Source: Octopus sinensis
Lineage: Eukaryota
DNA length: 64,000 nt
Reading direction: 5' to 3'
Assembly: GCF_006345805.1 (NCBI RefSeq)
Contig: NC_043000.1
Coordinates: 16,058,001 to 16,122,000, forward strand
Shown here: positions 13,431-27,099 of the stretch, piece by piece
Layout: every line of letters starts with the position of its first letter
Position numbering within the stretch: position 1 is the stretch's first letter
The notes under the pieces: generated by a model
The model's database searches: none
What the model saw: only the letters and a program-made list of their open reading frames with translations
Told to the model about the DNA's origin: nothing
Program-made: the position numbers and the translations under genes

Positions 13431-14329
13431 AGTTCTCAACCAGGCTCCATATGGCCCTTAGGGTTCAATATAAGATTTTATAGTTAAAATTTTTGTGCAA
13501 TAAATTTATTATACTTCTACAATACACAAAATATCTTTATTTTTTTTTATACAATCCCTAAAAATATTTACTTTATAAAAATACAGTAAGATTTCAATCA
13601 AGAAAACATTTTACAAGGTGAATACTTTCACTTTTATGGGACTTGAAAATGAAAAGCTGTTATTTCTTACTACAAAAATATCATGTTGTTGTATCTTGGG
13701 AGCACCATTATGCCAATAATAAACACATACACTGGTTCTATTTCACTTCTTTTATTATTACTCACCAGTTGGTTAGAGATTTAACCAATTAACCCTTTGA
13801 GTATTAAAACTGACTATATCTGACCCAAATATTCTACCTGTTTTATGGTCAATCTGGCCAGATTCAGCCTCACACACCTACCCTACAATGTCAGGAAAAG
13901 CTCCCTGCATGACACCAACTGTTAACCCTTTAGCATTCAGATTACTCTGTCAAATGTAATGCTTATTTATCCTCAATATTTTGAATTAATCGAGCATTAT
14001 CTCATAGCTTTGAAATTTTGATAATGTGATTGTATATTTTTAGAATGACATTGTAAGGTAGGAGTGAGAGTCCAGAACTAGCCAGTTTCAACATAGAATT
14101 AATTGAAAATTTGGGCTTGATTTGGCTGGTTTAAATACTAAAGGGTCAGAGCACAGAATGTCTCAGAGCACACAAGACAACTTGCCCAAAGTGATTGAAA
14201 ACAGTAGATACTGATATTTTGTCATTATTGTGACTTATCAATACCATGAACTCAAATTACTTTGAAATGAAATGAATCGCTGGTCTGAGTGAAGTCTATT
14301 TGCTACGCAGCTGCAAATAGACTTCTCTC

Positions 14330-14858
14330 TCTCTCCAGAGACCGAGACCTTTGGAAGTATGCTGTGCATGGGAAGACCCGGTAGGACAAGTGAGACCATA
14401 ACCCATGGCCTCTACCTGGGACATAGCAAGCCCACTTATGCATACCTTTCCTTCCTGTGACACAAACCCTACTTGTGAAGACCTGTTGAGGCAAGTGAAA
14501 ATCAAAATCGAAATCGATCAACATCAATGGAAATTGTAGCTGTGATACTAGTGCCGGTGGCACATAAGAGAACCATCCGAACATGGTCGTTGCCAGCGCC
14601 GCCCCGACTGGCCTCCGTGCCGGTGGCACGTAAAAAGCACTATCCGATTGTGGCCGTTGCCAGCCTCGTCTAGCACCTGTGCAGGTGGCACGTAAAAAGC
14701 ACCCATTACACTCACAGAGTGGTTGGCGTTAGGAAGGGCATCCAGCTGTAGAAACACTGCCAGATCAGACTGGGCCTGGAGCAGCCTACTGGCTCCCCAG
14801 ACCCCAGTTGAACCGTCCAACCCATGCTAGCATGGAAAACGGACATTAAACGATGATG

Positions 14859-14860
<2 letters not shown>
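14330..14860 (+). mobile_element. Same RTE family, ORF end plus 3'UTR
   Basis: gaccgagacctttggaagtatgctgtg (DRDLWKYAV), gtgccggtggcac sub-repeats, gatgat tail. Other UTR-only copies at about 430-761(+), 8605-8900(-), 9310-9510(+), 17431-17785(-), 18905-19060(-), 19808-19985(-), 24060-24231(+), 25052-25466(-, two), 26560-26735(+), 33120-33737(+, two), 52698-53110(-), 63560-63745(+). Confidence 0.85.
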
Positions 14861-14937
<77 letters not shown>

Positions 14938-15552
14938 TCTTTACTCTCTTTTACTTGTTTCAGTCATTTGACTGCAGCCATGCTGGAGTACCACCTTTAG
15001 TCAAGCAAATCGCCCCCAGGACTTATTCTTTGTAAACCTAGTACTTATTCTATCAGTCTCTTTTGCCGAACCACTAAGTTAAGGTGATGTAAACACACCA
15101 GTATCGGATGTCAAGCGATGTTGGGGGGGACAAACACAAACACCCATATATACGATGGGCTTCTTTCAGTTTCCATCTACCAAATCCACTCAGAAGGCTT
15201 TGTTCGGCCCGAGGCTATAGTAGATGACACTTGCCCAAGGTGCCACGCAGTGGGACTGAACCTGGAACCATGAGGTTGGCAAGCAAGCTACTTACCACAC
15301 AGCCATTCTATATATACATGTGAGCACATTAGGAGCAAAACAAGAAACATAGTACTTGAATACCAAAGGTAAAATAAAATAGTATTTCGTTGAAGCAGGA
15401 AAAAAAAAACTCCACATGCTGTTACACATAACTGCTCATCATAACAGCTGCAAGGTTGTGAGAATTCAGAATATCTTGGATTCTCACAATTCGATGCAGA
15501 CATGGCTTCAGGATTATGTTATAGGTTCAGTCCCACTGTATGTACACATGTA

Positions 15553-15941
15553 GTGGAGGCGCAATGGCCCAGTGGTTAGGGCAGCGGACTCGCGGTCATA
15601 TGATCGCGGTTTCGATTCCCAGTCCGGGCATTGTGAGTGTTTATTGAGTGAAAACACCTAAAAGCTCCACGAGGCTCCGACAGGGGATGGTGGTGATCCC
15701 TGCTGTACTCTTTCACCACAACTTTCTCTCACTCTTACTTCCTGTTTCTGTTGTACCTGTATTTCAAAGGGCCGGCCTTGACACTCTCTGTGTCACGCTG
15801 AATATCCCCGAGAACTACGTTAACGGTACACGTGTCTGTGGAGTGCTCAGCCACTTACACGTTAATTTCACGAGCAGGCTGTTCCGTTGATTCGGATCAA
15901 CCGGAACCCTCGCCGTCGTTACCGACAGAGTGCTTCCATCC
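15553..15941 (+). mobile_element. tRNA-derived SINE, full length
   Basis: Head tggcccagtggttag (A box) and gtttcgattccc (B box); 13-bp TSD atgtacacatgta at 15540-15552 and 15942-15954. Confidence 0.85.
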
Positions 15942-16642
15942 ATGTACACATGTACGTGCATGTGTGTGTGTGTGTGAAGGCACATGGTTCAGTGGCTTGA
16001 CCATCGAGCTCACAATCATGAGGTAGTGAATTCAATTCCCTCACCGGGTTGTGTGTTCTGTTCTTGAGGAAGATACTTTATTTCATGTTGCTCCAATTCA
16101 CTCAGCTGTAGAAATGAGTAGCAATGTCACTAGTGCCAAGCCATATTGGCCTTTGGCTTTCCCTTGGATAACATTATTGGCACGGAGGCTGGTATACATG
16201 GACGACTGCTGGTCTTCCAAAAACAACCTATTTCTTTACTGCCCACAAGGGGCTAAACACAGAAAGGACAAACAAGGACAGACAAATGGATTAAGTCAAT
16301 TATATCGAGCCCAGTGCGTAACTGGTACTTATTTAATCAACCGCGAAAGGATGAAAGGCAAAGTCGACTTTGGCAGAATTTGAACTCAGAACGTAGCGGC
16401 AGACGAAATACTGCTAAGCATTTCGCTTGGAGTGCTAACGATTCTGCCAGCTCGCCGCCTTCCAAAAACAACCTTGCCTGGACTTGTGTGTCAGAGGGTA
16501 ACTTCCTAGGTGCAATCTCATGGTCATTCATGACTGAAGGGCCTCTTTACCCTTTAAATATATATACATGCAGGTATAGAAGGAATTATAATCCAAGCTG
16601 TGTCCTTGTGAAGTTCATCAGCAATACTGTGTATTCCATTTA

Positions 16643-17017
16643 TCTCTCTCTATATATAAACGGCAGTTTGTCTGTGTGTGTTTCTGTGTGTCTGTTAGCT
16701 TGTACCCTCACCCTGACCACGGCTTTCAACCGATTCTGATGAAACTTGACACACACATAGCCCAATGTCATAATTCAAAACTAACACAGCGAAAATTTTG
16801 AAAAGTTCCCCCAGTTCTGAAAAAAATCGATAAATTCGACATGGGGTCGAGAATCAGAAACACAAACCACAGACCGTCTAGGGGACGCAACTCAACCTTT
16901 TTAACTAAAAAAAAAAATTTACCATCATTTTTTTTCCATTTTTTGGCTATAACTCTCTAAAAATGCTTTATAGTTATTTCCCTTACAAACCCGAGCAACG
17001 CCAGGCCACACTGCTAG
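16643..17017 (+). mobile_element. Helitron, type A
   Basis: Near-identical to 6075-6448. Confidence 0.8.
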
Positions 17018-17050
17018 TCAAAAATATGTAAATAGATGTTTTATTTAAAT

Positions 17051-17323
17051 CAGTCATTCCCAAACTTTTTCAAGCTGCCACCCCCTTGGCACCCAGGCCA
17101 CATTCCTAGCACTCCCTCACACTTCCCACCACAAATATAAACCACTTTCTGCAGCAAATTCAAAACAACTGTATTTCACAAATAAAACCTAATTAACCTA
17201 TTAATATTTTTTCTTTCTTACATCTATCACCCCATTTTGGCCACCACATTAACATCCCACTTTTCTTCAACATCTCTCTGGATCTTTCCCTTGGGGGCAG
17301 TACTTCCACTTTGGGAATCAAAT
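17051..17323. mobile_element. hAT-like MITE, old
   Basis: cagtcattcccaaa / tttgggaatcaaatg imperfect TIRs; no TSD recognisable. Confidence 0.55.
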
Positions 17324-18254
17324 GATGCATAAAAACTAGTTAAAAGTTCTGGTGAATAATATAATTTTTAAATTTTCATCTGAGAAATTACAGATAAAAG
17401 TTCTCATACACATTTTCTACATGCATATACATCATCATCATCATTTAACGTCCGTTTTCCGCGCTAGCACGGGTTGGACGGTTCGACCGGGGTCTGGGAA
17501 GCCAGGGGCTGCAGTCTGATCTGGCAGAGTTTCTATGGCTGGATGCCCTTCCTAACACCAACAACTCCGCGAGTGTAGTGGGTGCTTTTTACGTGCCACC
17601 TGCACAGATGCCAGCAGGGGGTCCGGCATCGGCCACGATCGGTTGGAGCTTTTAACATGCCAGCGGCACGGAAGCCAGCCAAGGCGGCGCTGGCAACGTT
17701 CGGATGGTGCTTTTTATGTGCCACTAGCACAGAAGCCAGTCGGAGTGGCGCTGGCATCGGCCACGTTCGGATGGTGCTTTTTAACCTGTTATGAATTCAT
17801 ATTATGATTATTGGTATTTCTATTCATATTATTAATGTTTATATTCATAATGTATTTCCTATACTGTAATGAAACACATGTAACATGAAATTAAAAATAT
17901 ACCAATTTTTCCAGCCTTTATGTTAATATACATCCAGGTATATATATATATATATGCAAGCATATATATGTGTGCGTTTGTGTGAGTGGATTTGTACATC
18001 ACCTCATTTTCATGCATGGTTGCTGACTGTAAACAAAAGGTTCATTCAAATGTCGTTTCTTTCCAGTTCCCTGCACAACAATGTTTGTGCTGTTCATTGT
18101 TGGATAGGTTGGATAGACAGGAGAGATTATTACCTTACTTTGAAAAAGGTGAGGGTTGGAATAAGGGAGAATATACAGCCATAAAAAAAAAGGCTCTACA
18201 TTCTTGTCTGACCAATGCAAGCATGGAAAACAGGAGATTAAAACAATGATAAAT

Positions 18255-18288
<34 letters not shown>

Positions 18289-19198
18289 TATTCAAAGGAA
18301 TTCCAACTGTCTGTTTTTTATATTTTATTTGCATTCTTTATAATATTAATGTAGAATATAGAATATATAGTATATATAGTAAAATGAAATGAAGTATTGA
18401 TTGTCTTATTGAATAGATGAAATATTGAATATCAAATATTAAGGGACTAGTATACTTTCTTGCATTTAAGCAGTCTTCAAGGTTCCAGGTTGAGATATAT
18501 ATATATATATTAATATTTATAATAAAAACAATTTTATATTCATCTGATGAATTACTCTATAGTTTTGCAGATTACAAATTTATTATTTTTATACAAGAAT
18601 ATTGTTGCCAGTGACTTCGAAGTTTTGTCCTGACACACTTACACATACATATGATCATTATCATTAGCATTGCATTTAATGTTTGTCTTCTATGCTGGCA
18701 TGGGTTGGACAGTTTGACAGAAACCAATGAACTACAGGACTGTATCAAGTATTATTGATTTTATTTCAGAAGCAAGACAAGTACATGGGATTGATAAGCA
18801 GCTAGATGTTGTGAAATACCAGTTTCTGCCACTTCCATCCTCTTCCAGGGTGATTTCATTTTGCCTAGCTTTGAAACAAACTGTCTTTTACAACTATAAG
18901 CCTTTAACTCCAGGCTCCAGTCTGATCTGGCAATGTTTCTACAGCTGGATGCCCTTCCTAACGCCAACCACTCCGTAAGTGTAATGGGTGCTTTTTACGT
19001 GCCACCGGAATGGAAGCCAGTCAAGGCGGCGCTGGCATCTGCCACGTACGGATGGTGCATCATATATATACATATATATACATACACATATAATAATATA
19101 ATATACTAATAGGAATGGAGATGTTCAGAGAGATATGGCTTGAGTGTAGTAAGTGGTGAACAAAGGTGGAGGGAGGGTATCAATGGTAGATATAAGGC

Positions 19199-19747
19199 AT
19201 CATCATCATCATCATCGTTTAACGTCCGTTCTCCATGCTAGCATTGGTTGGACGGTTCGACCGGGGATCTGGGAAGCCAGAAGGCTGCACCAGGCTCCAA
19301 TCTTATCTGGCAATGTTTCTACAGCTGGATGCCCTTCCTAACGCCAACCACTCCGTGAGTGTAGTGGGTGCTTTTTACGTGCCACCCGCACAGGTGCCAG
19401 GCGAGGCTGGTGCCTCAACAGGTCTTTGTGTCCAAGAGAGGAAAGGCATGCATAAGTGGGCTGGGCTCACTTGTCCTGCCTGGTCTTCTCACGTACAGCA
19501 TATTTCCAAAAGTCTTGGTCGCTGGTCATTTCCTCAGTGAGGCCTAAAGTTCAAAGGTCGTGCTTCACCACCTCGTCCCAGGTTTTCCTGGGTCTACCTC
19601 TTCCACGGGTTCCCTCAACTGATAGGGATTGGCACTTTTTCACACACCTATCTTCATCCATTCTCGCCACATGACCATACCAGCGCAATTGTCTTTCTTG
19701 CACACCACAACTGATGCTTCTTAGGTACAACATTTCTCTCAAGGTAC
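19199..19747 (-). mobile_element. 5'-truncated RTE LINE of the dominant family (ORF C-terminus plus 3'UTR, (GAT)n tail)
   Basis: QERQLRWYGHVARM...GRGRPRKTWDEVVKHDL; 3'UTR with the ggaagggcatccagc motif; TSD taaggca at 19193-19199 and 19748-19754. Confidence 0.85.
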
Positions 19748-20002
19748 TAAGGCAGCATTAAGAAAAAGGTATAGTTGTCAATACACACACACACGTCTTT
19801 ATAATCGTTATCATTTAATGTCCATTTTCCATACTGGCATGGGTTGACAGAATCTGGCAAGCTGCAAGGCTATGTCAAGCTCCAGTATCAGATTTGGCAT
19901 GTTTTCTATGGATGCCCTTCTTAACACCAAACACTTTACAGGGTGTACTGGATGCTTTCCTCATGCCTCTGGCAGTAGTGAGGATTCCATGTAAATATGC
20001 AT

Positions 20003-20174
20003 AGGCGCAGGAGTGGCTGTGTGGTAAGTAGCTTGCTTACCAACCACATGGTTCTGGGTTCAATCCCACTGCGTGGCATCTTGGGCAAGTGTCTTCTGCT
20101 ATAGCCCCGGGCCGACCAATGCCTTGTGAGTGGATTTGGTAGACAGAAACTGAAAGAAGCTTGTCGTATATATG

Positions 20175-20205
<31 letters not shown>

Positions 20206-20420
20206 TTGTGTGTCTGTGTTTGTCCCCCTAGCATTGCTTGACAACCGATGTTGGTGTGTGTTTACGTCCCCGTCACTTAGCGGTTCGGCAAAAGAGACCG
20301 ATAGAATAAGTACTGGGCTTACAAAGAATAAGTCCCGGGGTCGATTTGCTCGACTAAAGGCGGTGCTCCAGCATGGCCGCAGTCAAATGACTGAAACAAG
20401 TAAAAGAGTAAAAGAGAAAG
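20003..20420 (+). mobile_element. CORE-like tRNA SINE with internal (TA)n(TG)n spacer
   Basis: gcgcaggagtggctgtgtggt head, ggttcaatccc B box, ttgggcaagtgtctt CORE-like motif, gtaaaagag tail. Other copies at about 1720-1945(-), 11215-11640(-), 14935-15305(-), 23295-23695(-), 35395-35825(-), 39415-39790(-), 54433-54810(+), 61938-62340(+). Confidence 0.85.
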
Positions 20421-20450
20421 AGTATATATATATATATATTGGAGCACTTT

Positions 20451-20752
20451 GGAGGCACAATGGCCCAGTGGTTAGGGCAGCGGATTCGCGGTCGTAGGAT
20501 CACGGTTTCGATTCCCAGACCGGGCATTGTGAGTGTTTGTTGAGCGAAAACACCTAAAAGCTCCACGAGGCTCCGGCAGGGAAGGGGTGGCGATCCCTGC
20601 TGTACTCTTTCGCCGCAATTTTCTGTCACTCTTTCTTCTGTTGGCCTGCTCGCTTAGCCAGCGGGGTGGCGTCATTAGAAGGCTAAAACAATGCGAAGTG
20701 CATTGTGACCAGTGATGTGTAACAACATCTGATATCCTGGTCGGTCATGTGA
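20451..20752 (+). mobile_element. SINE with the same tRNA head but an alternative 3' tail
   Basis: Shares the head and central part with 15553, then diverges after ...tcactctttcttc. Confidence 0.75.
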
Positions 20753-21214
20753 TATATATATATACACATACATACATACATTTATGTAAATATATGCATG
20801 TAAAATTTATCCCCAGCCCCACCCCACATTTTGGGGTTTTAAGCTGGTTTTGAAAATTGTTTTGAATTCAATCTTTAAAGTATGGAGATTATGATTCTGA
20901 AAGAAAATTGTTTACAAATTATCAATTTTCTAAAATTTATACCTCCACCCTCCCAGCTTTCAGAATAACCACATTTATCCAACCTTAATGTGGCCAGTCA
21001 ACATACAAGCAATAACAGCAAAATCTTGTTCAAATGTCACACACCCACCTTTACAGTTTCTTCTTTAAACAATTTCTTCAGATTTCTACATTTTCCACTC
21101 ACCCACACATCCACCAAATATAGAACAGAATTTGAAAATTTTAATTTAATCACATTACACCTGTTTTACAAAATTTGGGGGAAATTCTATATTGGAAACT
21201 ATGAAGATTATGAC

Positions 21215-22940
21215 ACTCTAATCCTTAGCCTTAAATCCTAACCTTCCCAACCAAAAGACCTTACCTCTAACCAAAATCCTAAACCCTAATTGCAACCCTA
21301 ACCCCTAACCAAAGACCTTGCCCATAACCCTAACCCCTAACAGCAGCTCCAATCTTTAACTATAACCCCTAACTACAATCCTTACCTCTAGCCATTTTCT
21401 TAACCCCTAATCACAACCCTTACATCCAACAATTCTAACTCTTAACTGCAGTTCTTACCTCTAACCATAATCCTAATCCCTAAACACTCCCCTTATTGCT
21501 AACCATAGCACTAACTGCTAACCATAATCCCAGCCCCTTATCTCTAAACGTAATCCCAGCTCCTAATCACTGCCTTTACCTCTAACCATAACCCTATCTG
21601 CAGCCCTTACATCAAACCATAATCCCAACCCCTTATCACAGTCCTTACATCTAACCATAATCTTAACCCTTAACTGCAGCCCTTACCTCTAACCATATTC
21701 CCAGCCCCTAATCACTGCCTTTACCTCTAACCATAACCCCCAGCTCCTAATCATTGCATTTACCTTTAACCATAACCCTAACTGCAGCCCTTACTTCTAA
21801 CCATAATCCCGACCCCTTATCATAGGCCTTACATCATCATCGTTTAGCGTCCGTTTTCCATGCTAGCATGGGTTGGACGGTTCTACTGGGATCTGTGAAG
21901 CCAGAAGGCTTCATCAGGCCCAGTAACCATAATCCCAACCCTTAATTGCAGTCCTTACCTCTAACCATAACCCCAGCCCCTAATCACTGCCTTTACCTCT
22001 AACCATAACCCTAGCCGCAGCCCTTACATCTAACCATAATCCTAACCCTTACTTCTAACCATAATCCCAGCCCCTGATTGTTACCTTTACCCCTAACCAT
22101 AACCCTTACTGCAGCCCTAACATCTAACCATAATCCTAACCCCTTAGCTAATTGTTGCCTTTCCCTCTAAACATAACACTAACTACAGCCCTTACATCTA
22201 ACCCCTTATCATAGTCCTTACCTCTAACCAAAACCCTAGCTGCAGCCCTTACATCTAACCATAATTCCAACCCCTTATCACATATCTTACCTCTAACCAG
22301 AATCCCAACCCCTTATCACAGCCTTTACCTCTAACCATAATCCTAACCCCAACTGCAGTCCTTACCTCTAACCATATTCCTAACCCCTAATCACAGCCCT
22401 CATCTCTAACACAGCCCTAACCTCTAACAATAATTCTAGTCCTTAACTGCAGCCCTAACCGCTAACCATAATCCCAGCCCCTAATCACTGCCTTTGCCTC
22501 TAACCATAACCCCAGCTCCTAATCATTGCATTTACCTTTAACCATAACCCTAACTGCAGCCCTTACCTCTAACCATAATCCCAACCTTTAATTGCAGTCC
22601 TTACCTCTAACCATAACCCCAGCCCCAAATCACTGCCTTTACCTCTAACCAAAACCCTAGCTGCAGCCCTTACATCTAACCATAATCCCAACTCCTTATC
22701 ACAGCCTTTACCTCTAACCATAATCCTAACCCCAACCTTAAACTCTAACCATAACCCTAACTGCAGTCCTTACCTCTAGCCATAATCCTAAACTCTAACC
22801 ATATTCCTAACCCCTAATCACAGCCCTCATCTCTAACCACAGCCCTAACCTCTAACAATAATCCTAGCCTTTAACTGCAGCTCTAACCATAATCCTAACC
22901 CCTAATCACAGTCTTTACCTCTAACTATACCCCTAACCCT
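21215..22940. repeat. Degenerate CCCTAA-containing minisatellite
   Basis: Recurrent ctctaaccataatccc / ccctaactgcagcccttac modules; interrupted by an RTE tail at 21835-21924. Confidence 0.9.
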
Positions 22941-25484
22941 TCAGATTCTCCAATGTCTTCTTTTATTTTAAAAGATTTTAGAGGAGGATGCATGATTTGA
23001 GAGAAATTTGGCTGTTATTTCTTGCATGCCAAAGACCACATTAAAGCCATCTTCATGTCATCTGCTGCTTATCTTTCACAGGTTATTAACACACAAGCAA
23101 ATGAACAGATGGAGTTTCAAAACTTCTGGAACATTAATATTGAGCAGGTGTGGGCATTTAAAAAAAAAAATTCTTTTCAACATTGTAATCTCTGTATGCT
23201 TAAACACAGAATTAAAAAAGAAAAAAATATTTAAAAAAAAAACAATTAACAATAAAAAGTTTCTAAGTGTTGGGGTGAAACCAATTTTACTCTTTTAACT
23301 CTTTTTACTTGTTTCAGTCATTTGACTGCGGCCATGCTGGAGCACCGCCTTTAGTCGAGCAACTCGACCCCGGGACTTATTCTTTTTGTAAGCCCAGTAC
23401 TTATTCTATTGGTCTCTTTTTGCCGAACCGCTAAGTGACGGGGACGTAAACACACCAGCATCGGTTGTCAAGCAATGCTAGGGGAACAAACACAGACACA
23501 CAAACACACATACATATATATATATATATACATATATATGACAGGCTTCTTTCAGTTTCCGTCTACCAAATCCACTCACAAGGCATTGGTCAGCCCGGGG
23601 CTATAGCAGAAGACACTTGCCCAATATGCCACGCAGTGGGACTGAACCCGGAACCATGTGGTTGGTTAGCAAGCTACTTACCACATAGCCACTCTGGAAA
23701 GTTTTGTTTTGGGATGAATATTGTAATCACCACTATTGAAGAAATTTTTGAAAAATAAAACTAAAAGGTGTAGGATGCTTATTCAACACATAAGCCCACA
23801 CACACACACATATTCACCAATTGATATCCATAGCATGATGGCCATTTCACAGCCATCGTTGCAACTTTCTTTGTTCTATATACACCTCATGAAATAATTT
23901 CCTTGATTGGATCTATTGCATTTCAGGTGTCTAGGATTCTACATGACACTCCTTTGTATTTTTTTTACTATGTGGTTTGTAGCCAGGTTCACTAAAGGAG
24001 CTTTTATTGTGATTATCACCAGATTATAGAAATCCATATATTGCCACATAAAAAAAAAGGACTCAGTCCACTTTGTGAGGTGGTTGGTGTTAGGAAAGGC
24101 ATCAAGCTGTAAAAACCATTCCAAAACAGACAGTGAAGCCTGGTGCAGTCTTCTGCCTAGCCAGCCTCTGTCAAACTGTCCAACCCATGCCAGCATGGGA
24201 AGCAGACATTAAATGATGATGATGATGATGGTATGTATATATATATATATATATTCCAGGATGGCAAGTTCAAAAGAACTTAGAATAAGGTATTGAAGAC
24301 AAGTTTAGAATAAAGTATTCAAGACAAGTTTAAGAGTGAATAAAAATATTTAATCCATAATTGTTAATCTGACAAAATATATTCAACACCCAGGTGAGCT
24401 ACAGGCAAAACAATGTATTTTGTTGAACTAATCCATAGTAGTTAGTTCAACGAAAAACATTCTTCTAAAGAAGCTGTGTCCAGCCATTTAGAATGAAGAA
24501 CTCAATGATAAATCTGAGAGTGAATAAAATATTTAATCCATAATGATAAATGATTACTGATTAAATATTTTACACACACACACATACATATAAAAAGGCA
24601 ATACAGAAGCTAATATCGTCCCATTATCCTGGAAATGAGACAACCTGGAATTGAAAAACAAAATTTTGGAAGCTTTATTCTTCCACTCTACAAAAGTCTC
24701 ATACACAGATATGAAGGAAACCCTAATAAAAAAAAAATTAAACTAGAACATAGTATTTTCAAGATAACAAGTCAAAAGGATTACTTGTTGTTCATATACA
24801 GAAAGCACCATCATGTCTAGTTTTCCATTTTAGCAGTGAAAAGCAAGCTATTGTTTACAAATATCAAATACATGTGAAGACAATGGGAAATACAAACACA
24901 CACATATACAAGTACAATGGACTTGTTTCAGTTTCTCTCTACCAAATTCACTCACAAAGCTATAGCAGAAAACACATGCCCAAGACGCCTAAACCCCAAG
25001 ATCACACAGTTGGCAAGGGTGTGCACTGCATAACCACACAACCATGCATACCATCATCATCATCCTTTAGCATCTGTTTTCCATGCTGGCATGGGTTGGA
25101 CGGTTTTACCAGAGCTGACAAACTGAAGAGCAACACCAGATTCCAGTCTGATTTGGCTTGGTTTCTATGGCTGGATCTCTTCTTACCACCAACCACTTTA
25201 TATTCTGTGGTGGATGCTTTTAACATGGCACCAGTACAAGCATCATCATCATCATCGTTTAACATCCGTTTTCCATGCTAGCATGGGTTGGACGGTTCAA
25301 CCGGGGTCTGGGAAGCCAGGAGGCTGCACCAGGCTCTAGTCTGATCTGGCAGTGTTTCTACAGCTGGATGCCCTTCCTAACGCCAACCACTCCATGAGTG
25401 TAGTGGGTGCTTTTAACATGCCACTGGCACAGGTGCCAGGGGAGGCTGGCAACGGCCACGATCGGTTGTGTGTGTGGGGGGGGG

Positions 25485-25714
25485 TTAACCCTGTAGCATT
25501 TAAACCGGCCATATCCGGCCAAAAGTATTCTGCCTGCTTTATGTTCCAACTGGCCAGATCTGGTCTCTCACACCAACCCTACAATGTCGTTTTAAAAATT
25601 AACAGCCACCTCATCAAAATCTCATAGCTACAAGATTAATGCCTGATTAGTTCAAAACAATTTGGATGAAAAGGTATTAATTTTGGCAGAATAATGCGAA
25701 CACTAAAGGGTTAA
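25485..25714. mobile_element. Second piggyBac-like MITE family
   Basis: TTAA-CCCT...AAAGGG-TTAA with a different interior; related copies at 13922-14148, 13790-13895 and 32100-32285. Confidence 0.7.
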
Positions 25715-26765
25715 CATCTACTTTTCCATGCCTGCATGAGTCAGATGGAGTTTATTGAGCCATGTGTTCTGTAGCTGGATGCTAACACTTATCTGTTTCC
25801 AAGGTAATTTTTCCCCATAGCTAGACATGTTTTTGCAAAATACTGAAAATGAACGATACTTGTTTACACTTCTTTCAGTTTCAGTTTTATACTTCTTTCA
25901 GTTTCCATCTACAAATCTACACGTAAGGTTTTGGCCATAATGGAGCTATAATAGAAGGCACTTGCCCAAAGATCCACACTATGGAACTAAACCTGAAATA
26001 CTCACACAGCTGGCTCTCAATTCTGCATAAACAAAATCCACTACAATAAAATGGGGTGGTAATACAGTAGCCAACACCTTCCAAATCCTGATAAACCTTG
26101 AGAAAATGAATTTGGGAACTTCATTGTTCCAAACAAAAACATCCAGAATCAAAATTATAAAAACTGGATTGTAATGCTTTCGATGTATATACATATACAT
26201 ACATATATATGTATATACATAAACATATGAGTGAGTAAACCTACAAATACCATAAACCTAACGAGTTTTCCATAGACTGAAAAAATGATTAAGTTTTAAT
26301 CAATTTTCAACCCCTGTGGGTCTCATCAGGTGCCTACATCACTTGAACGATCACAGAGAGACAAGCAGCCAATTTGTTTATATACACAACAAATCCAGAA
26401 GCCTCAAAGAACTGCTAATTTGCATACACACAAACACATATATACACATGCATACAAATATACATTAGTATGTATATATATGTGTATATATATATATATA
26501 TTATATATATACACACACATATCATATTGCTAGTTATGTAGTGATCTCACTAGTGGTGGTGCCACAAAAAAAAAGGAACCCAGTTCATGCTGCAAACTGG
26601 TTGACATAAGGAAGGGCATCCAGCCATAGAAATAAAACTAAACCGCTGGAGCCAGATGTAGTCTGCTAATCCGATGGATCTTGTTGAATCATCCAACCGA
26701 TGCTAGCACGGAAAATGGATGCGAAATTATGATTAAATTATATAATCTGCTTATATATATATATA

Positions 26766-26805
<40 letters not shown>

Positions 26806-26826
26806 GCTATATATATATATATTATG

Positions 26827-26862
<36 letters not shown>

Positions 26863-27099
26863 TATATGTAGGTGTGTATGTAAATATATATATGAATATA
26901 TATAAAATCAAAAATAATTTTTTATATAAATATATAATTATATATACATAGTTTTATAAATTAAAATACGTACGTCATAATATATATAAATACATATTTC
27001 TAATATATATATATATATTATATATATATATATGTGTGTGTGTGTGTACGTATATAACAAATACAATTATATTTTATTTAACCAAATTTCTATACACAA

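Noticed and set aside
15553-15630. tRNA gene
   Set aside because: The A/B boxes belong to a SINE head that continues into a SINE body with a TSD; the same holds for all other tRNA-like heads.
16730-16760. CTGATGAAAC hammerhead-like string (also 6165-6175)
   Set aside because: No stem II between CTGATGA and GAAA and no stem I; part of the Helitron body.
21215-22940. True telomere or chromosome end
   Set aside because: Internal, degenerate, and has no pure (TTAGGG)n run.
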